This document shows positions 1 through 9,815 of a stretch of DNA of 64,000 nucleotides, in pieces. The position numbers were made by a program, and so were the translations under genes. Origin of the DNA: a virus. The stretch covers positions 12,039-76,038 of IMG/VR virus record IMGVR_UViG_3300031555_005897; one strand, written 5' to 3'. Position 1 is the stretch's first letter. Each line of letters begins with the position of its first letter. The notes beneath the pieces are model-generated. The model saw only the letters and a program-made list of their open reading frames with translations, was not told the origin of the DNA and made no database searches.

Positions 1-1
1 T

Positions 2-190
2 CCCGATCTAAAGTCTGATTATCGATATTCGATTGCCAGAGTACCCAATCCTGATATCGACACAACCGGTGGACGATTCCACTATGTCATAGCTCAGGAA
101 ATGCTCAATGAGCATGGTACACCATTCATCACAATCTATACACTCGTCGCAGCACTTCAGCTCAGAGAGCTAGATGCATACGATGAGTAA
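2..190 (+). CDS. 3' end of a hypothetical protein (truncated by window edge)
   Basis: Open frame from position 2 to TAA at 188-190, followed by a terminator hairpin. Confidence 0.6.
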   Translation, partial: PDLKSDYRYSIARVPNPDIDTTGGRFHYVIAQEMLNEHGTPFITIYTLVAALQLRELDAYDE

Positions 191-193
191 AAG

Positions 194-226
194 AAAGAAG
201 CTACCATCTCGGTAGCTTCTTTTTTG
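194..226. terminator. Intrinsic terminator, probably bidirectional
   Basis: aaagaagctacc-atctc-ggtagcttcttt followed by a T tract. Confidence 0.8.
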
Positions 227-229
227 ATC

Positions 230-347
230 TCATTCCTGTAAGGAATGTACTGTTAATATCAATCTAATCGAAGTCTATATCAGTCATCCATAGATCTTTC
301 GGTTCGATTCGAAAACAGCGACCTCCCGGTCGCTGTTAATGGAAAAT
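230..347 (+). promoter_or_regulatory. Cassette leader 1 (palindromic TCA-N6-TAA element plus GC hairpin)
   Basis: cattcct-gta-aggaatg at 231-247; hairpin aacagcgacc/ggtcgctgtt at 314-337, 10 nt before ATG 348. Confidence 0.6.
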
Positions 348-728
348 ATGGCAGATGCTATCGGATTAACATCCGGAATTAATGCATCAAATGTGTCAAA
401 TCTTATTAATGCCAAATCTCTAATTGCATTAAATGCAACATTCACAAATACCGCGTCAAATCTTACAATTGGATCATTTAATTCGGCTATTATACTTCTG
501 GAATCGTTTCATGCTACAAGTACGGCATCGGCACTATCTAAAGGCGGTATAGGTATTTGTATAGTACCAAATATGACAGAAACGTCAATTGCAAACCAAG
601 GATCGAATGGTATGTGGGGCAGCAGTGGTATATATTTTAATACAACCACTAATTCTATTAGTTTCTATCATAAGAGCAATACTTCTTACACTGGATATAT
701 TAATGGCGTTATTGCAATTCTAAGCTAA
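348..728 (+). CDS. Small Ser/Thr/Asn-rich protein, 'MADA' cassette family (putative adhesin or fibre-tip module)
   Basis: Starts MADAIG; AT-rich; beta-strand-like composition; shared leader layout. Confidence 0.6.
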   Translation: MADAIGLTSGINASNVSNLINAKSLIALNATFTNTASNLTIGSFNSAIILLESFHATSTASALSKGGIGICIVPNMTETSIANQGSNGMWGSSGIYFNTTTNSISFYHKSNTSYTGYINGVIAILS

Positions 729-749
729 AATTCAATCACCCAACTTTTG

Positions 750-761
750 ACAAGTTCTTAA
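750..761 (+). promoter_or_regulatory. Putative late promoter ACA-N6-TAA
   Basis: gACAagttctTAA; motif recurs upstream of structural genes. Confidence 0.6.
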
Positions 762-796
762 TCAAAGACCTAATTCGAAAGTTGGGTGATTTATTT

Positions 797-1549
797 ATGT
801 ATCAGAGCATGTCTGAAATCATTACGCTCTGTAAGCAGAATATGGGTTTGAGAGATCTACCTAAACCCGTAACTGATGCTGATTTGAAATGGCGTATCGA
901 GCATTCTGCTTTGAAAGAGTTTTCTCAGAGATATCCTTATATCGTAAAGTTTCTGATTGGTGAATGCGATCGCATGTGTAAACCTCATGTAGCAATCCCT
1001 ACCAACCATACCAATAGTTACTCTGGAGTCTATCAGATTCCTAAGCATATTTATCAAGATCGAACCATCCTGGGTATTAATAACGTAGAGATTCAGAGAC
1101 CTAACGGTTTCAACGATCTCTATGTGCCCCAGGGCGCAATCGGAAATCCGGCATCTATCATGATTGGTCTAGCATCTATCCAGGCGGTTGGTGCGATGGC
1201 TCGTACTATGACTCATGCACTGACTTGGGAGTTCAAGCATCCTGACGTTCTGGTCATTTACAATGGATGGACTGGTGGAAACTATGAGGTTGAGCTATCA
1301 TTAGATCACGATCCTTCACTGTCTACGATTCCTCCTTCTGCTTTCTCTACTTTCGTAGAGCTCTGCCAGTATGATCTGGAAGAGTATCTCTATAACAAGC
1401 TGAAGAGGATTCAGAATCTTGATCTGGGTGTTGGCTCCATTGAGCTGAAGATTGACGATTGGGCCGATGCTCGGAGCAAGAAGATGGATCTATTGAAAGA
1501 GATGGATGAAACCTGCCAGCTCGATTTCCAACACATTCAGTATTGGTAA
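797..1549 (+). CDS. Probable virion structural protein
   Basis: Long ORF with phage-typical codon use, late-promoter motif upstream and terminator downstream; function inferred only from context. Confidence 0.5.
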   Translation: MYQSMSEIITLCKQNMGLRDLPKPVTDADLKWRIEHSALKEFSQRYPYIVKFLIGECDRMCKPHVAIPTNHTNSYSGVYQIPKHIYQDRTILGINNVEIQRPNGFNDLYVPQGAIGNPASIMIGLASIQAVGAMARTMTHALTWEFKHPDVLVIYNGWTGGNYEVELSLDHDPSLSTIPPSAFSTFVELCQYDLEEYLYNKLKRIQNLDLGVGSIELKIDDWADARSKKMDLLKEMDETCQLDFQHIQYW

Positions 1550-1591
1550 ATTTTTTGCATGATAGTTGACGTGAGTCAACTATCATGCTTT

Positions 1592-1677
1592 TCAGTCCTG
1601 TAAGGACTGTTTGAATCACTGAATTCCTGAGCGCTACACGAAGTGAAGTCGCGCTCAGGTCAATTTCTAAAAAAGAA
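1592..1677 (+). promoter_or_regulatory. Cassette leader 2 (near-identical to 14772-14854)
   Basis: cagtcct-gta-aggactg at 1593-1609; hairpin cctgagcgc/gcgctcagg at 1626-1659. Confidence 0.7.
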
Positions 1678-2013
1678 ATGGCAAATGTAATCGGATGCAA
1701 TCCATTTAATTTGGCATCGGATATAGGTTCACCATATAAAGGATATTGGTATAGCTGCGATACTAATACAAGTGTGACGCTACCAACTGCGGGGATCATG
1801 CTTATCGCATACACATACATGGGTACGACGTATAATAGTACGGGGCCAGTGCCTGCAAATAATCCAATTATATGTTACAAAGGCAGCGCTGCAAGTACCA
1901 CTTTATATATTAACTACGCCGGCGTTGAATTTAGTACGGACGGTAAAACTGTTACAACTGGTCAATATTGTCGTGCAACTTTCTTTGTGGTCACTTCATT
2001 TGAAGAATCTTAA
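1678..2013 (+). CDS. Small protein, 'MADA' cassette family
   Basis: Starts MANVIG; Thr/Tyr/Ser-rich; conserved leader. Confidence 0.6.
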   Translation: MANVIGCNPFNLASDIGSPYKGYWYSCDTNTSVTLPTAGIMLIAYTYMGTTYNSTGPVPANNPIICYKGSAASTTLYINYAGVEFSTDGKTVTTGQYCRATFFVVTSFEES

Positions 2014-2086
2014 ACTCAAATATTATGTCAAAAGTAGACTAACCAATTTGGTTAGTCTACTTAATTTTACATATGAGGTGAAAAAT

Positions 2087-2305
2087 ATGCTAGAATTAAT
2101 CATTATATGTGTAATAGTCGCCATCGTATCTATTGCAACGAGGTTCTGTATGTACAACGCGTATCGTTATGACGGAAAGATGAAATGGTTCTTCCATGGA
2201 TTCTTGAGATTTCATCGTCCACCGGATGATGTTGATGATATCGTTACACACTGTAAATATTGTGGTAAAATCATTCATCTATATAAAGACGATTTTTGGG
2301 ATTAA
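2087..2305 (+). CDS. Small membrane-anchored protein with CxxC
   Basis: RBS gaggtg; hydrophobic N-terminus; CKYC motif. Confidence 0.55.
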   Translation: MLELIIICVIVAIVSIATRFCMYNAYRYDGKMKWFFHGFLRFHRPPDDVDDIVTHCKYCGKIIHLYKDDFWD

Positions 2306-2317
2306 GAGACATTTCAT

Positions 2318-2515
2318 ATGAATGAGTTTATAGATTTGATTCGTATCATACTCACACTTGCACTCACTGCATTCTGGGCATTCGGTGTCATATTTGGTAC
2401 AATGGCTATTCTTTGGTATGGGTATGATCTCGTTATGGATAGTGATAAAGGTCATGAATGCATGCGTATCATCATAGAATATACTAAAAAGAAATTTCGA
2501 TGTAAAAAAGAATGA
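2318..2515 (+). CDS. Small membrane protein
   Basis: One long hydrophobic segment, in tandem with the previous ORF. Confidence 0.5.
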   Translation: MNEFIDLIRIILTLALTAFWAFGVIFGTMAILWYGYDLVMDSDKGHECMRIIIEYTKKKFRCKKE

Positions 2516-2656
2516 GTGAGCATGTCGCAAAGCTTCTTTTATGCTTTGGCATCGGTTGGCTATTTGGCTGGCTTGATAAACGATTTGGCCGCAAATAAAG
2601 AACTAAGACCATGCACCCGTTTTACGGACATTAATATGCAACGGAGGTTTCACATT

Positions 2657-3583
2657 ATGACAAGAGCTGATAAAATCTTCATTGAGAATTGTAAAGCAAT
2701 TCTCGCGAGTCCCTTTTCTGATGAAGGGATGCATGTCCGCCCCAAGTGGGCCGATACCAATGAACCTGCTCATACCAAGAAATGCTTCGGCATTGTGAAT
2801 CGGTATGATCTTCGGGAGGAATTCCCGATCATGACCCTGCGCCGAATCTACTGGAAGACTGCACTGAATGAAGTGCTGTGGATCTACCAGAAAGCATCCA
2901 ATGTTATCGCAGAGCTGGGCTCCAAGATCTGGGATGAGTGGGATGTCGGTGATGGTACCATCGGCAAGGCCTATGGTTACCAGATCGGTCAGATCTTCAA
3001 GCATCACCGCTGCAAGAGCGGCGAAGAGTTCGACGATATCAAGTATCCTTCCATGAAGGTCAAGGACGGCTTTGTCCATCTGAACCAGATGGATGCTGTT
3101 TTGTTTGATCTGAGAAACGATCCTCTGACCAGACGCATCATTACCAATACTTACAACCATCAGGATCTGCATGCTATGGGCCTAAGCCCCTGTGCATACT
3201 CAATGACATACAATGTGACCAGAAATCCCGAGACCGGCGAGATGATTCTGAACGGCATTCTGAATCAGCGCTCTCAGGATATGCTTACCGCCAATAACTG
3301 GAACACTGTCCAGTACGCTCTGCTGCTGATGATCGTGGCTAAGAGCGTTGGTATGATTCCTGGTGAATTCATCCACGTAATTACCGATGCCCACATTTAC
3401 GACCGGCACATTCCCATCGTTGAAGATATGATCCGTCGTGCAGAAGAGAATCCCAATGACTTCAAGGCACCCACTGTGACCCTGAAAGATTTCGGCGATT
3501 TCTACGACTTCAAGTCTTCCGATGTCGTAATGGAAGGCTATCAGTACGACGACACCGATTATAAGATCGACGTCGCTGTTTGA
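2657..3583 (+). CDS. thyA: Thymidylate synthase
   Basis: IWDEW, GKAYGYQ, RRII, LSPC (catalytic Cys), QRSQD, DAHIY motifs; RBS ggagg before ATG 2657. Confidence 0.95.
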   Translation: MTRADKIFIENCKAILASPFSDEGMHVRPKWADTNEPAHTKKCFGIVNRYDLREEFPIMTLRRIYWKTALNEVLWIYQKASNVIAELGSKIWDEWDVGDGTIGKAYGYQIGQIFKHHRCKSGEEFDDIKYPSMKVKDGFVHLNQMDAVLFDLRNDPLTRRIITNTYNHQDLHAMGLSPCAYSMTYNVTRNPETGEMILNGILNQRSQDMLTANNWNTVQYALLLMIVAKSVGMIPGEFIHVITDAHIYDRHIPIVEDMIRRAEENPNDFKAPTVTLKDFGDFYDFKSSDVVMEGYQYDDTDYKIDVAV

Positions 3584-3826
3584 TCTTTCGGCAGTCCATT
3601 ATTTAACTCTCAAAAAGTCATCTGCCCTTCTATGTGGGTATAAGACCAGTATGCTAACTGCATACTGGTCTTAACCTTCAGAAAGGACGTCTGAAAATGA
3701 CCCCGCTGGAAGGGTCGCCGAAAGAAGAAAGAGAGGAGAGTGTACATGAACCGAAGCTCCGCAATACTCCGGCTTATCAGGTTGTAAGAATTGGTAGATA
3801 GCGGATGCTATCTACCAAATTATGAC

Positions 3827-4411
3827 TTAAATGTGATCAGCGATGGTCCCAATGGCCTCCTGCAAGGTGCGAGAAGCCGCACCATTCATGGTCATTGCGC
3901 GACGCTGATTATCCTGAAGAAGCTTCCGGATAGCACGCTTCGCGTCATCACCATACTGCTCCATGATCTCGCCGAGTGCAATCTGCTGAGCTTTATCAGC
4001 TTCCAGATAACGCTTACCAGCATCGGAACCTTCAGCAACCGCCATCTTAATAGCAGCCATTGCAACAGGCTTAAGCCAGCGATCATTCTCGTGGTGCTTA
4101 CCAATGCACTGCAGCGCAACCTTGACCTTTTCGGCATCGTCGATCATGCCATAAACTTCCATATCGGTAGCCAGGCCGGACACAATGTCAACGAAGCGCT
4201 CAGTGCCCATATACTTCTTCAGCATGAAGAGGAAGATCTGAATCTTCTCATCATCTTTCAGATCAATTTCAGGTTTTGCCACATCGGCCATAGGGTCGAT
4301 TTTGGGAGGTGCTGCCACAGGAGTAACAGCAGGAGGATTTTCTGCGGAAATATCGGGCTCACCCATTTCCAGATGCTCCAGAGCGGTGGCCAGTTCTTTA
4401 TTAGAAAACAT
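3827..4411 (-). CDS. Hypothetical protein
   Basis: RBS gaagggag before ATG 4411; biased codon use; terminator at 3790-3820. Confidence 0.7.
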   Translation of the reverse strand: MFSNKELATALEHLEMGEPDISAENPPAVTPVAAPPKIDPMADVAKPEIDLKDDEKIQIFLFMLKKYMGTERFVDIVSGLATDMEVYGMIDDAEKVKVALQCIGKHHENDRWLKPVAMAAIKMAVAEGSDAGKRYLEADKAQQIALGEIMEQYGDDAKRAIRKLLQDNQRRAMTMNGAASRTLQEAIGTIADHI

Positions 4412-4590
4412 TGGAATGACTCCCTTCCATGTAAAGATAACGTTGTAAATGGCTATCATATTAGCCAACATAGAATCAACGGCAATTATCGGGGACAGAC
4501 GATGCACAATTTTGCATAGTATTTTACCTTGATAAGGCCGTCTTTGTTATGAAGTTGTAAATAGGCCCGTAAGTTTAGGACTTCCATTCA

Positions 4591-4598
4591 TATATCAT
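4591..4598 (+). promoter_or_regulatory. Putative early promoter TATATCAT
   Basis: Recurrent intergenic TATATYAT motif resembling the phiKZ early consensus TATATTAC. Confidence 0.5.
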
Positions 4599-4758
4599 AC
4601 TACTGAAGACTGGTGGAAAGGAGAGATAAAAACACAATCTATCATCGGTCAGATAGGAGGTTGACTCACATAGATGAGTGAGTCTTAAACTTACAACGTA
4701 TCCGGGAAATGTCATCCAACCTGACGGATACGTTAGACAAATAAGGAGGATAATCAAA

Positions 4759-5814
4759 ATGTACCTACCGCGTGTATCCTATCAAGGCAAACATGTAGCA
4801 TCCGCAACCTATCGTGAAGTTGCACGCTACAATAACACTCGCTCTCGCAGCAGACGTAGAAGCGCAGTCGCTCCGCTGCTGAATCGAGGGCAGATCATTC
4901 TGACTGTTATTGCCATGCTCCTGACCATGTCCGTAATGGGCATTGCGATCAGTAGAGCAATTCAGAATGACCATGAAGCTATTCGTCCGTATAGTGCAAC
5001 ATCCCTCATTCATTCCATCACTGGCAATGTTGTGGACGATATTCAGGCTTTATATGGGTCCACTGGCATGAATAATCAAGCTCCGGCGGTGTCTCAACCC
5101 ATCGTCGATGAACCAATGGCTGTTGAACCTGAAATCATTCCAGAAGTAGTCGAGCCCGAACCTAAGTTTGAACCTATCAAAACGACTCGTCTGGGAATCG
5201 TCGTTGATACATATAATTACGACGTTGATTACACCGCAGCCATTGATGAGGCATATGCAATGCTGGATATTGAAGGTGTAGATCCCGAGCATGTGTTAGC
5301 ACTTTGCGAAATTTACGAGGCCCAGCGAAATATCAAGATCCTGGATAACGATATGGGTTTTGAAATTTCCGACCTCTTTTCATCGGCCAATTCATATGAG
5401 GAAATTGATGCTATCATGAATCCTCATGTTGCATGGACCGTATACACTGAGCAAGATGTCATCGACCTTGCTTGTATCATCTACGCCGAAGCTGGTTCTA
5501 GCTGGTGCACTGACCGACATCAGCAAGCCGTTGGCTCCGTCGTAGTTAACAGATGGAAATCTCCTAGATGGGACGACGATACCATTCGTGAAGTTATCGA
5601 TCATGAAGGTCAGTATCCCGGAACTCGTGACAATCGGTATTATGATGAGCGTGCGTATCAGAACGCGCTTCATGTACTGGAATATGGACCTCTGTATGAA
5701 GACGCTGTTTGGCAAGCAGAGTTTACTCAGGGCACATATACCATCGAGATCTTCGACTACTCCCATCTTGGCAAGTCTACCACCTACATCTGTGGTGGCT
5801 ACGTTTACGGCTAA
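4759..5814 (+). CDS. Membrane-anchored cell wall hydrolase, SleB/Hydrolase_2-like
   Basis: N-terminal TM helix; C-terminal LACIIYAEAG...QAVGSVVVNR...VI...GQY; RBS aaggagga. Confidence 0.8.
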   Translation: MYLPRVSYQGKHVASATYREVARYNNTRSRSRRRSAVAPLLNRGQIILTVIAMLLTMSVMGIAISRAIQNDHEAIRPYSATSLIHSITGNVVDDIQALYGSTGMNNQAPAVSQPIVDEPMAVEPEIIPEVVEPEPKFEPIKTTRLGIVVDTYNYDVDYTAAIDEAYAMLDIEGVDPEHVLALCEIYEAQRNIKILDNDMGFEISDLFSSANSYEEIDAIMNPHVAWTVYTEQDVIDLACIIYAEAGSSWCTDRHQQAVGSVVVNRWKSPRWDDDTIREVIDHEGQYPGTRDNRYYDERAYQNALHVLEYGPLYEDAVWQAEFTQGTYTIEIFDYSHLGKSTTYICGGYVYG

Positions 5815-5870
5815 TCACCTCATAAAGAGGGTAGTACCAGAAATGGTACTACCCTCTTAAAGTTTCTTTT

Positions 5871-6443
5871 TTATTCGATTGGAAGACGTCTAAAGATCAG
5901 CGGAATCGTGGATGAATACCGTTTACGACTCAGCATACACAATTGTCCATCAATCATCCTCAGACCCATGAACGCTCGAATCGGCTTGGAATTCTCCAAA
6001 CGAGATTTATCGATCTCATACACGAAATGAGAACGGAACCAGTTATAGTGATCAATCTTTATGTCAATTGGCGCGTAATATGGATTCCACAGGAAATCGA
6101 TGAAATTCTCGGTCATCGACAGTTTCTTCCACGTATATCCATAGATTTCGGTTTTCACATCATCTTTATGACCGCAATGGATGACGGGTGTATATACAAG
6201 ACCAATAAAACCGGTCCGATTATAACGATGCTTAGAATACAGCAAGGCATATCCAGTGCATGTAACAAGCCGGACGAGTCCTTCCATAATATTGGGATAA
6301 TGCGGCCAAGTATAATCTTTCGGAGGATATACTGTATACATCCAGTCAACATGAAAGATATCATGCTCCACCTTATTGACAAAGAGACCGGATTCCGCAT
6401 CCAACTTCCAGTCATCTCCTGAAATTTTTACAAGACATTTCAC
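5871..6443 (-). CDS. Hypothetical protein
   Basis: RBS ggaggtg with GTG start; converges on hairpin 5826-5858. Confidence 0.6.
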   Translation of the reverse strand: MKCLVKISGDDWKLDAESGLFVNKVEHDIFHVDWMYTVYPPKDYTWPHYPNIMEGLVRLVTCTGYALLYSKHRYNRTGFIGLVYTPVIHCGHKDDVKTEIYGYTWKKLSMTENFIDFLWNPYYAPIDIKIDHYNWFRSHFVYEIDKSRLENSKPIRAFMGLRMIDGQLCMLSRKRYSSTIPLIFRRLPIE

Positions 6444-6555
6444 TTTTATTCACCTCCATTTAAAGCCTATGTCATTCGAAGAGTAGCTTAAAATGATTAT
6501 CTTTACATTCAAATATCATTAATTTGAGAAACTACGAAAGGAGTGCTCAAACTAT

Positions 6556-8538
6556 ATGGCACAGCGAAAATCTAGAATGGTAGAGCGCTGGAAGCAATAT
6601 ACGCTGAAGATCGTAAAACGGCGTTTTGGCGATACCATTAACATGCACGCGGTCGAAAAGTATTTGGATAAACTGATCGAGACCGAAATGCATAATCCCA
6701 GGGTATACTGGATTAACAATTTCAGACAGCGTGTTGTCAACACCGATACATTGGCCGCTGTTGAAAGTATTGAAGAGAACCAGTTCATCTGTGGTGGCGC
6801 AGCTGCTATCTTTACACAGCATGATACCATGCCCAATCCAATGCGTGACTATATTCTCCTGCAGCGATTCAAACGTAAAGATGAAAAGAAAACTCGTGAT
6901 ACGTTTGACCGTACTACGGATGCTGATGAGTGGGATCGTTGGAATACCAAGCAGAATAACACCAAGATCATCTCCAACTCCCTATACGGCGTTCTCGGCT
7001 ATGCAAAGTTCATTCTGCATAACATCTTCCTTGCCGAGTCTATTACCAGAATGGGCCGAGTCATCATCTCTACAGCAGCATGTGGATTCGAAAACTTCCT
7101 GGCTGATAATATTCACTTTGCAGTCGAGTCCGAGCTCTACGAATACGTCAATATCATCATTGATGAATATGAAGAGCGATATAAAGGAAACTTTGACTTC
7201 AGTATTTTGGGTACTGAAGTAGATACAGACCAAGTTCTGGAGCGCCTCATTGATAAGTGCGCATTTCCCGTTCCTGCAACGACCAGAAACCATATTCGAG
7301 CAATTGTCAATCGTCAGCCTTTCGAGGTAAAGCTTCTGCTTTTCTATAAGAATAACTTCTTCAAGTTCAATCGTATTCCGATCATCAAGCAGAAGATCAT
7401 GTATATCATGAGCAACATCGATGAGCTGAAGCTGCCATCGGTCAAGAAGATTCCAAATGAGCATATCCGAGATGAAGTGGAAGACCTCTGGAAATTCTAT
7501 GAGATGTTTGTCTTCCATAATCATCCGATCTATGACTCCGTCAGAAAGATGGCATATGGTACACGTGAAGCCGTTCTCTATATCGATACTGACTCAAACT
7601 TTATCGCGTTGAATCGCTGGGTCCAGCAGATCCAGCATGAGTTCTTCGAAGATAAGTTCCATCAGGATCCAAAAGAGTTCGTTTTCATCTGCGCCAATAT
7701 TATCACGATCTTCCTGAGCGAAGTCGTTGATAAGAATTTGAAGATGTATGCGGCAAACTGCAATATCACTCCCAAATGGGCAGATTATCTGTCCATGAAG
7801 AATGAGTTCTTCTTCTGGAGAATCCTGTTTGGTGATGTGAAGAAGCGCTATATCGACCTGCAGATGATTCAGGAAGGTAAGCTGCTGAACCAGGGCAACG
7901 GTATTATCGAGATCAAGGGCTACGATTTCCGTAAGAGCGTCACAAAAGAGTATGTCCGTAACTTCTATACCAAGATGTGTATGGATGAGATTCTGTCTCC
8001 CGATTCCATCAATCTCCGTAAGATCTTGCGAGATATCGATGGATTGAAGCGAGAAGTCAGACGTTCAATGGAAGCAGGCGAATCGATGTATTTCAAACAG
8101 GCAAACGTATCTTCTCCTGAGCATTATGCGGATCCTCTACGCATCTCCGGTATTAAGGGCGTTATGCTTTGGAATGCACTATGTCCGGAGTATGCAATTG
8201 AACTCCCGTCCGATGTCGATTTGATCCCGATTCGTAACCTCTCCAGTAAGAAGGGTAAAGCATGGCTTGAGGAGCATTATCCAGACGTGTATGCAAGACT
8301 TGAGAAAGAGATTTTCAATAATCGAAATCCGAAGATTGCGGAAATGACCCTGAATGTCATTGCGAAGCCCAAAAACGATAACATCCCGATGCCTCCCTGG
8401 CTGAAGGATATCATGGATACCCAGAAAATCATCAATGCGACTATCAAACTGATTAATCCGATTATGGAGAGTATGGGTATCAAGGTCCAGAAGATCACCT
8501 CCAATAAGGAGCTTCTGACCAACATCGTCGACCTGTAA
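6556..8538 (+). CDS. Family B DNA polymerase, split (phiKZ/AR9-type) polymerase-domain subunit
   Basis: Motif B KIISNSLYG, motif C YIDTDS, KKRY, IKG; no recognisable exonuclease domain. Confidence 0.85.
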   Translation: MAQRKSRMVERWKQYTLKIVKRRFGDTINMHAVEKYLDKLIETEMHNPRVYWINNFRQRVVNTDTLAAVESIEENQFICGGAAAIFTQHDTMPNPMRDYILLQRFKRKDEKKTRDTFDRTTDADEWDRWNTKQNNTKIISNSLYGVLGYAKFILHNIFLAESITRMGRVIISTAACGFENFLADNIHFAVESELYEYVNIIIDEYEERYKGNFDFSILGTEVDTDQVLERLIDKCAFPVPATTRNHIRAIVNRQPFEVKLLLFYKNNFFKFNRIPIIKQKIMYIMSNIDELKLPSVKKIPNEHIRDEVEDLWKFYEMFVFHNHPIYDSVRKMAYGTREAVLYIDTDSNFIALNRWVQQIQHEFFEDKFHQDPKEFVFICANIITIFLSEVVDKNLKMYAANCNITPKWADYLSMKNEFFFWRILFGDVKKRYIDLQMIQEGKLLNQGNGIIEIKGYDFRKSVTKEYVRNFYTKMCMDEILSPDSINLRKILRDIDGLKREVRRSMEAGESMYFKQANVSSPEHYADPLRISGIKGVMLWNALCPEYAIELPSDVDLIPIRNLSSKKGKAWLEEHYPDVYARLEKEIFNNRNPKIAEMTLNVIAKPKNDNIPMPPWLKDIMDTQKIINATIKLINPIMESMGIKVQKITSNKELLTNIVDL

Positions 8539-8651
8539 ATCATGCAAATATCGGCGTATATCATTCTTATGGATAAGGGTTGGTAGAAATACCAACCCTT
8601 TACCAAATAAACATTGCAGTGCAGTGAAGTATTAAAGGAGTGCAAAGTAGT

Positions 8652-8840
8652 ATGAAGAAAATTGAAATTATCATGATGGACGATTCCCATTGTGATATCA
8701 ACATCGATGGTGTTGAGTCTAAAGGACATTTCGTTCCGGCCGGCTTGATGCCTCCTGAGGAGTTTGCTCTTCTGGCTCTGGCAAATGCTATGGAGCTGGA
8801 GCCTGAGTACATCTTCCAGAGTGGTTGCTGCGGTATGTAA
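8652..8840 (+). CDS. Small hypothetical protein
   Basis: RBS aaggag; early motif at 8557-8564. Confidence 0.55.
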   Translation: MKKIEIIMMDDSHCDINIDGVESKGHFVPAGLMPPEEFALLALANAMELEPEYIFQSGCCGM

Positions 8841-8853
8841 TGGGGGTGTAATA

Positions 8854-9726
8854 ATGGAACCTTTTCTGGCTCAACTTCAAAAGAATGATCGCGGTTTCTT
8901 CATCCGCGTTCGTATGCCTGACGCACCAATGAGAGTTGGTAAGCTTTTCTTTCCCGACCGAAATGGCGTTGATTCGGATACTCTTTATGAAGGTCCTATC
9001 GTTATTACCGACATCTCTGATCGTGGCAATTATGGCTTCTTCAAAGGACATATGCGTGAAATGAATGCTCCTGGCGGTACTGGTTTGATCCATTACCTCA
9101 TCGATAAGGAACTCTGGAATGGCCTCATCGATAAATACAGAACACCGTCAGGTGATGAATTCACATTGATTCAGCTTATGAGCGGACCTCGTGTAACTCG
9201 TAAAATTTTCCTGGAGGAGTTTATCAATGTCCTGGAAAATGGTGATGAGGAGGACTATGCGGCTGAAGTACCCTCGATAGATGACGCGGCTATTCCTTAC
9301 TGTACAAAAATTCTCGAAACCATGACGATTAGTGATTTCATTACCACATATCTTCATGATGAGAAATACGAGGACTTGGACAGGAGATTTCAGAACGCCA
9401 GATTCAGCTATAAGATCCATGACCGCGATAGCCTGCGCGAGAATTCCAAATTTATCTCGCATATTTTCGATCAGGCTATCAAAGATGGTATCATCTACTT
9501 CTACAAATACGGCAGCATTCCCATGATCGAGATCAATTTTCTCGCACTACCGGAAATGGTTGTCACGTATAACACTCATGAGATTAACCAGCTTCTGGAA
9601 GAGATCACCAAGATCAACTATGAGGCAAATCGCGCGATCGAGGGTGCAATTCTGCATGGTAAAGCGCGTCTCGTACGACAGCAATTCGCACCTCTGGGAG
9701 AACCTAAGATGGTTTCTCTCAGATAA
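8854..9726 (+). CDS. Hypothetical protein
   Basis: Long ORF followed by terminator at 9730-9758. Confidence 0.7.
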   Translation: MEPFLAQLQKNDRGFFIRVRMPDAPMRVGKLFFPDRNGVDSDTLYEGPIVITDISDRGNYGFFKGHMREMNAPGGTGLIHYLIDKELWNGLIDKYRTPSGDEFTLIQLMSGPRVTRKIFLEEFINVLENGDEEDYAAEVPSIDDAAIPYCTKILETMTISDFITTYLHDEKYEDLDRRFQNARFSYKIHDRDSLRENSKFISHIFDQAIKDGIIYFYKYGSIPMIEINFLALPEMVVTYNTHEINQLLEEITKINYEANRAIEGAILHGKARLVRQQFAPLGEPKMVSLR

Positions 9727-9815
9727 AATGGAAGAGCCGGTTATCCGGCTCTTCTTTTGTATCTTTACCTCGCTCTGAAGAATTCTTTAAGAGCAAAAAT
9801 GAAGGAGGATATCCA

